DNA of 64,000 bases from a virus (taxonomy: Duplodnaviria; Caudoviricetes), in IMG/VR virus record IMGVR_UViG_3300047299_000042, positions 941-64,940 of that record; one strand, given 5' to 3'. Shown here in pieces: positions 21,052-30,072 of the stretch. The notes under the pieces are model-generated. The model was not told the DNA's origin. It ran no database searches and saw nothing but the letters and a program-made list of their open reading frames with translations. Position 1 is the first letter of the stretch, and each line of letters opens with the position of its first letter. A program made the translations under genes and the position numbers.

Positions 21052-21069
21052 AGTGTGATATATTGCACT
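21052..21069. promoter_or_regulatory. 18-bp imperfect palindrome, putative XRE operator 1
   Basis: AGTGTGATATATTGCACT, near-identical to the copy at 21133. Confidence 0.6.
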
Positions 21070-21132
21070 CAATGATGCAAAAAGCCAACTTTGCTGAAAA
21101 ATAGAGACCTATTAATTTGATAATCTGACATA

Positions 21133-21150
21133 AGTGCTATATATTGCACT
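21133..21150. promoter_or_regulatory. 18-bp imperfect palindrome, putative XRE operator 2
   Basis: AGTGCTATATATTGCACT just upstream of the GIY-YIG/HTH gene. Confidence 0.6.
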
Positions 21151-21167
21151 ATATAATAAAGCAAATA

Positions 21168-21743
21168 ATGGCAGACTTTTTAATATATGGTCTCAGATGC
21201 CCAGAGACTGGATTTTATAAGTACATTGGCAAGAGCTCTAATGGATTATCTAGACCTAAATCGCATTTAACATTATCGCATAATCATTCTATTAGGTTAT
21301 GGGTAGAAGAACTTAGAGATAAAGGATTATGTCCATTGATTGATATTATAGAGGAATGTGATTCAGTTCAGTTACTTGAAAGAGAAAAGTATTGGATAAG
21401 CTATTACCACAATTCAGTATATCCATTAATGAATATTATAGAATACAAGGGTATAAATATTGAAAAACTTAGAGAAGAACTAAAAGCAGAGGAGCAAATT
21501 TTAATGCATAAAATTAATGCGGTAAAAGAGGACATTGAGAATCTATCTAATATTTATAAATTTATTAAAACAATTAGAAAGAAAAGAGGCGTCACACAAG
21601 AACTTCTTGCCAGTCTTTCAGGTGTTGGCTTAAGGACAATTAAGCAAATTGAAACTGGTAAATCTAATCCTACATTTAAGACACTAGAAAATGCATTAGA
21701 TGTATTAGGGTACAAATTGGTTCCTATTTTAAAAAATAGCTAG
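21168..21743 (+). CDS. GIY-YIG-like nuclease fused to C-terminal XRE (HipB/y4mF-like) HTH
   Basis: Likely ATG at 21168; LIYGLRCP...YIGKS...R...H...REKYWI..N nuclease motif; IRKKRGVTQELLASLSGVGLRTIKQIETGKSNPT XRE motif. Confidence 0.75.
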   Translation: MADFLIYGLRCPETGFYKYIGKSSNGLSRPKSHLTLSHNHSIRLWVEELRDKGLCPLIDIIEECDSVQLLEREKYWISYYHNSVYPLMNIIEYKGINIEKLREELKAEEQILMHKINAVKEDIENLSNIYKFIKTIRKKRGVTQELLASLSGVGLRTIKQIETGKSNPTFKTLENALDVLGYKLVPILKNS

Positions 21744-21931
21744 CGCATCATTAGGCATACAATAGTGCACATTTGAGGCGTTTTATTGTGCATAATTCCG
21801 AATTAGTGTTACTTATTTGCCAAAATCTGTAACAAAATGTTGCCAAATTCGGAAGTTGGTAAAAACCCAAACCGTAAAACTTGTAAACTGTGCAAGTTTT
21901 GATAATAGGGTTTGCATTACTAATATAAACT

Positions 21932-22636
21932 ATGAAGAAGATATTACTCCTATTACTATGCTCACTAGGAGCAACAGCACAAGTAGCCTCTGTTAAGACA
22001 GAAGCTTACACAGCCTCATTTGAAAAGAAGATTAATATCGATTCATTGATGGACTATGAAGGTCCAAAGATTCCTATTCAGCTATTATCTTTAGGCATTA
22101 ATGAAGACGTCTATGCGGCGTATCCTGAGCTTAAAGACAAGCGTGTGGGGCTTGGAGTTACCAACATTGTTATTGAGTTCCTAGAGGAAACTAACCGTTT
22201 TACGTTTACTGAGGATAAAGCGGAAATTAAGAACAGAATGGTAAAGCAGTTCCAAGCCTCACAGGCTGGTATCTCAGAAAACAAACTAGATGGCAGAGGC
22301 AAGATTAAGCTTGCTCAGTACTTTGTTTACATTGAATGCTACGACTTCTCAATTAGCGAAGACGAGTCTATTTCTATTAAAGGCGACACAAAACAAACTG
22401 TAGTCACACGACTAGGTTTACAGGTAAAATTCGTCAATGCGGAGACTGGAGAGTTCTTTACAGGCTCAGGGTTAGGAGAAGCTAAAACAACACGCGAAGC
22501 TACCTTAATGAATGACGGAAACTTTGCAGAGGTTAAGTTCAATCAGTCTACTATCGGTACGACAACTAAGAAAGCATTAGAGAATGCTGCGGCTAAGATT
22601 ATCGTTCGAATGATTAAGAAGAAGATATTCAAGTGA
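21932..22636 (+). CDS. CsgG/HfaB-family secreted protein
   Basis: Signal peptide; GLGVTNIVIEFLEETNRFTF, GRGKIKLAQYFVY...DF and LQVKFVNAETGE...GSG motifs of the CsgG fold. Confidence 0.7.
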   Translation: MKKILLLLLCSLGATAQVASVKTEAYTASFEKKINIDSLMDYEGPKIPIQLLSLGINEDVYAAYPELKDKRVGLGVTNIVIEFLEETNRFTFTEDKAEIKNRMVKQFQASQAGISENKLDGRGKIKLAQYFVYIECYDFSISEDESISIKGDTKQTVVTRLGLQVKFVNAETGEFFTGSGLGEAKTTREATLMNDGNFAEVKFNQSTIGTTTKKALENAAAKIIVRMIKKKIFK

Positions 22637-23919
22637 AATGGTTATGGCTCTTAATCCTTATTCTGACATTCTTTGGAGTTAAAGGTCAGGTATTAACGCA
22701 GACATTCGTAGACCCTTGTTCTGGCAAAGTAACTGTTGTCACAGTACCACTTGCCAATGGAAAAACCACAATAGTTTATAGAGGACAATACAGAGTAGTA
22801 ACGGCAAACGATATTACTTCAGGTGCATTACAAGCCTGGATTAACGACTTAACAGTCAACTTCCCTTGCCCGCAAGCTACCGTTGCCGTACAACAAACTG
22901 TATCTAACGCCGTATCACAAGCCGTAGCGGCAGCAACAAGTGCGGCAACAGCAACTGCTACAGCAGCTGCAACTTCGGCAGCTACATCTGCGGCAACATC
23001 AGCTGCCTCCTCAGCAGCATCAGGAGCAGCATCTTCAGCAGCAAGTAGTGCAGCAGCATCAACACCAGCTCCTAGTAGCACACCTTCATCAAGCAGTTCA
23101 AGTAGTTCATCTCAAGGCGAGAGTAGCTCTCCTAAAACGGAAGCTAAATCAGAAACGAAGTCAGAGTCTAAGAGCGAGCCTAAAAGCGAAGAGAAGTCTG
23201 AATCTAAATCAGAGTCGAAAAATGAAAGCAAGAAAGAATCTAAATCAGAAAAGAAAAGCGAAACCAAGAAATCGAACGCTGTGGCGAATCCGATTATATA
23301 TAGCTCGGACTTTACAGTCGCTCCATCAAGTGATGTTGTTTCTATTATCGCAAGCGTAGGGATGAGTCAAAGCTCACTAATGGGCAACTCCTCTTGGGGC
23401 ATATCTTCTATGATATGGTCTACGTTCGACCAGTTTGCTCTATCAGGCAGATACACCTTAATAAACTTTGAGTCAGGTAAGATGCAGTCTATCTCCAACT
23501 TTGGTATCACAGGCGTTTATTTAGGCGGTACAACGCTTGGATTTGTTACTGCTGCACATATTCAACCTTTGGGTAAATACGGTGTCTCAGGAGCCAACTA
23601 TACGCTTAGTGTTGCTGGCGCAGATGCGGGTCTCAACATCAGCAATAACATAATGTTGTTCTATACTATTCCTGTTAAGGTTAGTAAGAGGGTTACGGTG
23701 TCGCCAGATGTTTATCTATCAGGAAGCTCTACGGGGTATTTAACTGCCCAGCAGAAGTTTGTAACGTCGGATGATATTGGCATACTTACAGGCGCATCAT
23801 TTGATATTGCTCTAACTAAGCGCTTTAAGTTCAACTTCGCTTTAAAGACTGGATTCAACACTAATCCAATTATTCCGCAAAGTTATTTGGGTATGATTGG
23901 GACAAAGATAAATTTATAG
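22633..23919 (+). CDS. Secreted protein with Ala/Ser- and KSE-rich linker and C-terminal putative outer-membrane beta-barrel
   Basis: GTG start; signal peptide; Cys pair in the N-domain; low-complexity linker; about 210 aa of alternating amphipathic strands ending LGMIGTKINL. Confidence 0.6.
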   Translation: MKWLWLLILILTFFGVKGQVLTQTFVDPCSGKVTVVTVPLANGKTTIVYRGQYRVVTANDITSGALQAWINDLTVNFPCPQATVAVQQTVSNAVSQAVAAATSAATATATAAATSAATSAATSAASSAASGAASSAASSAAASTPAPSSTPSSSSSSSSSQGESSSPKTEAKSETKSESKSEPKSEEKSESKSESKNESKKESKSEKKSETKKSNAVANPIIYSSDFTVAPSSDVVSIIASVGMSQSSLMGNSSWGISSMIWSTFDQFALSGRYTLINFESGKMQSISNFGITGVYLGGTTLGFVTAAHIQPLGKYGVSGANYTLSVAGADAGLNISNNIMLFYTIPVKVSKRVTVSPDVYLSGSSTGYLTAQQKFVTSDDIGILTGASFDIALTKRFKFNFALKTGFNTNPIIPQSYLGMIGTKINL

Positions 23920-23947
23920 GTATATTTACCCAACCAAACAATAAGAT

Positions 23948-24151
23948 ATGATTCAGTTTATGATACCATCGGACGCAATCAGCGACACAGAGATGGAACA
24001 CATTAAATTTCTGGGCATTCAAGATTCTAAGATAAAATCTCTTTTAGACATACTAGATGGCATTTCAGAGATTCCAGTAGAGTCAAAGTTAGAGTTAGAG
24101 ACTAATGTATTAGATGCATTAGGGGAGATTGTTTCAAGATTAAGAAAGTAG
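23948..24151 (+). CDS. Small hypothetical protein
   Basis: ORF track; followed by a terminator. Confidence 0.5.
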   Translation: MIQFMIPSDAISDTEMEHIKFLGIQDSKIKSLLDILDGISEIPVESKLELETNVLDALGEIVSRLRK

Positions 24152-24179
24152 CAAATTTTTTCATATAGGTCTTTTTACT

Positions 24180-24215
24180 AATGCCTTGGTTCTGTGAGCC
24201 AGGGCATTGTCTTTT
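24180..24215 (+). terminator. Intrinsic terminator
   Basis: AATGCCTTGGTTC-TGT-GAGCCAGGGCATT hairpin followed by GTCTTTT. Confidence 0.7.
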
Positions 24216-24238
24216 ATAGATAAAATTTCATAACTTTG
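24207..24238 (+). promoter_or_regulatory. Bacteroidota promoter TTG-N21-TAACTTTG for tail genes
   Basis: TAnnTTTG at 24231-24238. Confidence 0.55.
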
Positions 24239-24261
24239 GATAAATATAACATTATCGTATA

Positions 24262-24948
24262 ATGGCAATTTTAATCAAGGATGCGCACGACTTCATTCGT
24301 TCCATCATAAAGAAGAATAAAGGCGGCTTTGTTAGTCCAGGAGATATTGATATCGCGATTAATCGTGGCGTATCTGACTGGATGAGTGCTGTTATCTATA
24401 AGTATAAGCAGACAGGTAAGTTTGACTATGACCACTTGTTTGTTAAGAAGAAGACGTTTACTGTTAGCGCTGCAACAGGAACCCAAAGCTTATCTACATC
24501 TGATTACGTTGAAGCTTTAACCGTTTATTTAACTACAGGAGGAAGTACAAAAGAGGGCACTATTTATAACTGGGATGAATTCTTAGAGATTCAAAATAGC
24601 TCTATTTTAGCTCCTAGCTTAGATTATCCTGCAGCAACAATATTTGTAGTAGAGGAGTCATCTGTCAATGTACCTAAGATTCAATTCTCTCCAGTTCCTG
24701 TAAGTGGTAATTATGACTATACTTTAGTCTATATGAGAAAACCTGCTAAGGCAGTTTATACTTATACTACTAGTAATGGCAATATTACTTATGTAGATTC
24801 TGGTCACGTTGATATCGATATCGATGATAGATATTTCACAGATATTATGACTAGAGCATTAATGTACCTAGGAATCTCATTAAAAGATGGGGATATTGCA
24901 TCTGCTGAGGCAATGAAAGACGCTAACCAACGTTCTGACGAAAGATAA
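24262..24948 (+). CDS. Tail ring/tubular (head-tail adaptor) protein 1
   Basis: IIKKNKGGFVSP...YMRKP...ALMYLGI pattern of crAss-type ring proteins; position before the muzzle gene. Confidence 0.6.
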   Translation: MAILIKDAHDFIRSIIKKNKGGFVSPGDIDIAINRGVSDWMSAVIYKYKQTGKFDYDHLFVKKKTFTVSAATGTQSLSTSDYVEALTVYLTTGGSTKEGTIYNWDEFLEIQNSSILAPSLDYPAATIFVVEESSVNVPKIQFSPVPVSGNYDYTLVYMRKPAKAVYTYTTSNGNITYVDSGHVDIDIDDRYFTDIMTRALMYLGISLKDGDIASAEAMKDANQRSDER

Positions 24949-24950
24949 TT

Positions 24951-25589
24951 ATGACAACTAAAAACATATTAGCCGAGCAGATACAGAGGTTATACGCTCG
25001 CTTTTTGGATAAAGACAACCCATCTGATGTAATTGACTTAAGAGAGGTGAAGTTGCTTATAAACCAAAGTATCAATAAGGTACTTAAGTTGCAGGTAGCT
25101 GACTCATTTAAGGCTGGAATGGTTGATGTACCTAAGTGCAATCTAATTGAGTACACTTGTACTGTAACAGCAGAAACTAATAACAACCGTTCTTATATTA
25201 CATTGCCTGCTATTCCATTAACATTACCTATGGATATGGGAATTTGGTCTATTGCTGCAGCAAATGGAGCTATGACCCCTTATATTCCTATCCCTGCTCA
25301 AGATGTTCTTGTTTTTCAAGGAGCTAACTTAAGTTATTTGGAAGGTAAGATTGGATACTACCTACAAGGTAAAAAAGTTTATTTTACTAAGAATATTACC
25401 TTGACAGCTAATGGAACGGTTACATCTGTTATAGTTAACTTATTAGTATCCGACTTTGGTGTTATAACAGATACAGAGGTATTGCCAATTTCTCCAGAAG
25501 TAGAATCTGCTATTATTGATGATGTATTGCAGATAATCAGTAACGGGCGAGTATCACAAGCTGAACTTGCTAGTAAACAACAACAATAA
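24951..25589 (+). CDS. Tail ring/tubular protein 2
   Basis: Size and position in a triplet of about 210-250-aa genes before the tail stabilisation gene. Confidence 0.5.
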   Translation: MTTKNILAEQIQRLYARFLDKDNPSDVIDLREVKLLINQSINKVLKLQVADSFKAGMVDVPKCNLIEYTCTVTAETNNNRSYITLPAIPLTLPMDMGIWSIAAANGAMTPYIPIPAQDVLVFQGANLSYLEGKIGYYLQGKKVYFTKNITLTANGTVTSVIVNLLVSDFGVITDTEVLPISPEVESAIIDDVLQIISNGRVSQAELASKQQQ

Positions 25590-26347
25590 TGAAGACTAAG
25601 AGCCTAGATGTTATTGTAAGAGACGTGCTATTAGATAGCGGCTTACCTTTGCATTATTATACAAGATACCTACACCACGGACTACGTTGCTTAGATGAAC
25701 TCTCTATGGACTTTGATATGGGCAACGTTAAGACTGTTGTTCTTAGTGTTACTGATTATCGTCGTGCCATTTTGCCTGCTGATTTTGTTGACGTTGTGGA
25801 TGTATCTGGAAAGCACGGTGAGAAACTTTTACCCCTAGAGCGAGTACATAACTTAAATAAATTATATAATCGTGACACAGAGGGTAATAAGATTCCTTAT
25901 CCTGCAGAGCAATCAGTTAATTACGATGCTGAATTTAATTATAACTTAATTAGCGGTGGTGCAACTATGAACTCCAGAGGTGAGTTGATTGGTCGCTTCT
26001 ACGGTCGTCAAAGAAACCCTTTAATGACCTACGATATTGACACTGTTAATTCGGAACTAGTGTTCAGCAACACAATGGACTTAGTCGAGGTTACATTAAC
26101 TTATATTACCTCAGCAGTTTCTCGTTCTACAGCTAACGTAGTAACGCCATACGCTACTGACGTGATAAGTAAGTACATTGTAATGATGGCGGCAAAGGCT
26201 GAGAAAGCAAGATTAGGAGAGTATCAATTAGCGCAACAAGATTACCTTAATGCTCGTAGAATTTTTAGAGCTAGAATGAATGCAATGGATTATGCAGAAA
26301 TGATTGCACTCATTAGAAACGGTATCCACGGCGCACTTAAAAACTAA
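25589..26347 (+). CDS. Tail ring/tubular protein 3
   Basis: ILPADFVDVV motif typical of tubular/adaptor proteins. Confidence 0.55.
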   Translation: MKTKSLDVIVRDVLLDSGLPLHYYTRYLHHGLRCLDELSMDFDMGNVKTVVLSVTDYRRAILPADFVDVVDVSGKHGEKLLPLERVHNLNKLYNRDTEGNKIPYPAEQSVNYDAEFNYNLISGGATMNSRGELIGRFYGRQRNPLMTYDIDTVNSELVFSNTMDLVEVTLTYITSAVSRSTANVVTPYATDVISKYIVMMAAKAEKARLGEYQLAQQDYLNARRIFRARMNAMDYAEMIALIRNGIHGALKN

Positions 26348-26355
26348 TTAACATA

Positions 26356-29300
26356 ATGGCTAAAGTATCTTTAAAAGCTACAGGCGGATTAAATAAAGAT
26401 GTAGACTTGAATTTATTGCCTGAAGGCGATTATTCAGATGCAACTAATATAATCTTTGATTCAGGTAAAACAGGTGGGGCTGGAGCTATTAAGATGCTTG
26501 AGTCAATATCTGCGGCTGGCATTGATTTCTCTACTCATACTGTTAAAGAAACTTATCAAGCTGCAGACAATCAAATATATGTTTTAACCAAAAATGGTTC
26601 AACAGCATATATTTATAGAATTCCTACAACACTAGATTCTAAGACACTTATCCTTAGTTACACACATAGTGTATCGACAGACTTTTCACCTGACTTAAAG
26701 GTGCTAGATAGTAATATTATCTGGAACTACCACGGTACAGGAACTCCATTATTGTTTTCTTTAGATGGCTGGTCTACTGCTGTAACACCTGCTATTGAAG
26801 ACTTGAAACTAGTTAAGCGCACGCCTAACAACGTATTCACAGTAGAAAAGAACCAAGGAACTCCTGATTCAGGATTAGAGTTCTTGGAGACTAGAGACTT
26901 TCAGTTTGCTGGTAGATACCAATATCGTTCGGGAGAATACTCAGCACTAAGTGCTTATTCTCAAATGTACAAAGGAGCTGACGGGGTGTCTAGCTACACT
27001 TTTACTTATTCTTTTACAGGCGCTCCTGCTAACGCGGAATACTTTGAGTTATACACTAGAATAGGTAATGCGGGGATTTGGAGACGAATTGACACTGCTA
27101 AGATTGGAACTGACACAGGATTAAGCTGGACAGGTCAAATCTATGAGAGTTTAGATACAGTAATTACTGCTAAGCCATTTGATTCTGTTCCTGTAAGTGC
27201 CAAACATATTGAGATTGCTAAGAACAGAGTTTTCTTGGCAAACATTGTTGACGACTATGACGTATCTTCAGCTAACTTAGACTTTACAATTTCTGAGGTA
27301 TCAGGAAGCGACTATCGACCAGAAACAGCAGGAGGAACTTATGGAACATATTTAACTTCTAGTAATCTTTTAGAAGCAGCTATTAGTAGCAAAGAATCTA
27401 CTTCTACGGCTTATTATAAACCGTTTGCTAATGATTCTACATATGGCATTGGATTAGCTTACTACGATGAAGCTATGAAGACTCGTGGTGTTGAAAAGTA
27501 TGTTAAGTTTAAGACAGGTAAATTTGCTTATCCTATACTTCCTACAATTAGAGTTGGATTAAACTCAGGGTGGGTAAAGCCTAGCTGGGCAAAGTATGCA
27601 CAACTAGTATATACTAAGAATATTTCTAAGTCATACATTTACGAAGGATTTGCAAGTAATATCTTTTTTGAGCTGAAGTCGTTTACAACTGATAATACAA
27701 CAAAGGCTATTACTGAGATTACCACTATCTCGCAGTCGTTAACTGAGTTAGAAGCAAAAAATGTTAAGTATCTAGTTGTTGATTTAATGGGTATGTTCAG
27801 AGCTGGATATATATATAATTTCTCAGCTGACGATAGAATTTCTATTAATACACCTAACGGAATACTTGACTTAAAAATAGACAGTCAAAGCGATAATTTC
27901 TTGTACTGTAAGTATGATAAAGGAACTATGGCTAACGCAACAATACCAGTTGCAAAAAACCTGTTCTTTGAGATTTATACGCCTAAGCAAGTTCCAGAAG
28001 ATGAATCATTATTATTCTACGAATACGGTAATTTAATGGACATCACTTCTTGGACAGCATCAACTCCTATTGATGTTTCTGGCGCAGGCACATTGAATGC
28101 CAATAAACTTCTTGGGGATATGGTATTCTCCAAGATTGATTTACCTGTTTATTCTATTGCTCCTTTCTTATACAATACAACAAAAGAATTGCCAGAGCAG
28201 ATTACTGATAACGTGGTAACTACATCTAATGGATTTGTATATCAAAACTTAACTAGGTTTGCTACGTCATCTAATTTAACTCCAAGTCCAGTAACATCAA
28301 AAATGGTGTTCTCCTCGTTTGCTACAAATGGAGATGGAGCAAAGATATTAGATAGCTCGAACATTGAAGTTAGCTCAGGTGATTATATTGCATTATCTGG
28401 ATTTTATGATGCAGGAGACCAAGAGTCGGAAAACAAGATATCTTTGACTACAACGCTTACTGCAAGTATGTCAATTACCAGACCTTTTGGCTCGACTAAC
28501 ACTCCTTATTTGACTTGGACGTTAAGCGGTCAGATATATCAAGTTCCGTATAACAATACAACAAACACATACGGCGCTCCTGTAGCCTATGGCTCGTTAC
28601 AGAACTTCTTGGTAAGTGCTGACTATACTTACTATTTTACAGGGAGTGGAACAACATCAAATGGCACATACGACATTGAGATAACAAAAGATATTTTGCT
28701 ATCTGCCAACGCTGATATTACCGCTAATGATAAGTTTTATTTAGACGTAACCCTTGGATTAGTAGCTGGAGGAACTGATTTCTCTTCAGGTTCAGTTACT
28801 ATTGCAAAGAAATCTTCTGCCACTGCAGGTATTGTATTCTCCCTTAATGGAGACCGTATTAAACCAAAGGTTATTACAACTTACAATGCTAACGCAATTA
28901 TTTCAGGGACTACGGCTAAATTAGTAACACGAGCGTCTTCTACAGCAACAGCTAATCCGTTCTGGAATACTTCAGCGGGTAAGCCTGCGGTACTTGTATC
29001 TAAGAATTTAAATCCTACAGGAAGAAAGAATACAATACGCTACGGAGGTAATTATGTAGCAGGTACTAAAATTAACAACCTAAGCTCATTCTTTGCGCTA
29101 GATAGCGACGACGTACCTGTAGAGAATGGAGAAATTATGTCATTGCAAAGAGTTTCTCGTTTACAGGGTACTGGTAATATGTTACTTGCGTTGTGTAAAA
29201 ACGAGACAGCATATGTGTTGTTAGGCGAGCAAGAATTAACTCAAAGTAACAACCAGAGCATATTATCTATCTCATCTAATGTAATAGGCACTATTCGTAA

Positions 29301-30060
29301 TCTAGGATACAACTATGGATTACAAGAAAAACAGTCAGTGTTTAACTACAAAGGAAACGTTTGGTGGTGGGATGATTACAACAAGAAGGTTGTTAAATAC
29401 AACGAGCAAGGGATTGAGCTTGTAAGTGATATATCTATGCGCTCTCATTTTTTGACTAAGTCAGGAGATGCTAAGTTTGCCTTTGACCCATTCTATAATA
29501 TGTGTTTTGTTTCCATTGGTAGCGACACAACATCTATTGGGTACTCAGACACTGAAAAAAGGTGGAAATCTACTTTTACATTTAAAACAGATTTTGCTGA
29601 GAGCTACGGAGATAAGATGGTATTGTTTAAGAACGGTATTGTGTATAAGTCATTGCAGTCAGGATATAACGCATTCCTAGGGGCTCCAGCTGTTGATTCT
29701 ACGATTACTTTTACGCTTAATAGTAGATTACCTATTATGCCTTTAAATGTGTCTGTAACGCACGATATGAACGTTATGGACTACACGCAACCTAACGGAG
29801 TTAAAGCTTCTTTATTGTCTATTACTATTACAAATGAGAATAGTCAAACAAGTGCAATAAATGAAACAAACTTTATTGCAGAGGATAATAGATTGTATGC
29901 GCATATCTTAAGAGATAGCTCATCAACAGGTGGCTTAATAGAAGGAAACTACATAATTGGCTATCTAAATAATTTTGTTGTATCTTTAAAGGATAAAACT
30001 CAGAATATGAGGTTGAATTCCTTAGATATAGAAATACAAGCAGTATCAGGACACTCATAA
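26356..30060 (+). CDS. Tail stabilisation/muzzle protein (P22 gp10-like / tail tubular B)
   Basis: 1234 aa; GGLNKD.D..LLPEGDY.DA.N N-terminus, FAGRY.Y..GEYSALS, NRVFLAN, and beta-propeller-like C-terminus. Confidence 0.75.
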   Translation: MAKVSLKATGGLNKDVDLNLLPEGDYSDATNIIFDSGKTGGAGAIKMLESISAAGIDFSTHTVKETYQAADNQIYVLTKNGSTAYIYRIPTTLDSKTLILSYTHSVSTDFSPDLKVLDSNIIWNYHGTGTPLLFSLDGWSTAVTPAIEDLKLVKRTPNNVFTVEKNQGTPDSGLEFLETRDFQFAGRYQYRSGEYSALSAYSQMYKGADGVSSYTFTYSFTGAPANAEYFELYTRIGNAGIWRRIDTAKIGTDTGLSWTGQIYESLDTVITAKPFDSVPVSAKHIEIAKNRVFLANIVDDYDVSSANLDFTISEVSGSDYRPETAGGTYGTYLTSSNLLEAAISSKESTSTAYYKPFANDSTYGIGLAYYDEAMKTRGVEKYVKFKTGKFAYPILPTIRVGLNSGWVKPSWAKYAQLVYTKNISKSYIYEGFASNIFFELKSFTTDNTTKAITEITTISQSLTELEAKNVKYLVVDLMGMFRAGYIYNFSADDRISINTPNGILDLKIDSQSDNFLYCKYDKGTMANATIPVAKNLFFEIYTPKQVPEDESLLFYEYGNLMDITSWTASTPIDVSGAGTLNANKLLGDMVFSKIDLPVYSIAPFLYNTTKELPEQITDNVVTTSNGFVYQNLTRFATSSNLTPSPVTSKMVFSSFATNGDGAKILDSSNIEVSSGDYIALSGFYDAGDQESENKISLTTTLTASMSITRPFGSTNTPYLTWTLSGQIYQVPYNNTTNTYGAPVAYGSLQNFLVSADYTYYFTGSGTTSNGTYDIEITKDILLSANADITANDKFYLDVTLGLVAGGTDFSSGSVTIAKKSSATAGIVFSLNGDRIKPKVITTYNANAIISGTTAKLVTRASSTATANPFWNTSAGKPAVLVSKNLNPTGRKNTIRYGGNYVAGTKINNLSSFFALDSDDVPVENGEIMSLQRVSRLQGTGNMLLALCKNETAYVLLGEQELTQSNNQSILSISSNVIGTIRNLGYNYGLQEKQSVFNYKGNVWWWDDYNKKVVKYNEQGIELVSDISMRSHFLTKSGDAKFAFDPFYNMCFVSIGSDTTSIGYSDTEKRWKSTFTFKTDFAESYGDKMVLFKNGIVYKSLQSGYNAFLGAPAVDSTITFTLNSRLPIMPLNVSVTHDMNVMDYTQPNGVKASLLSITITNENSQTSAINETNFIAEDNRLYAHILRDSSSTGGLIEGNYIIGYLNNFVVSLKDKTQNMRLNSLDIEIQAVSGHS

Positions 30061-30072
30061 CAATAATACAAA

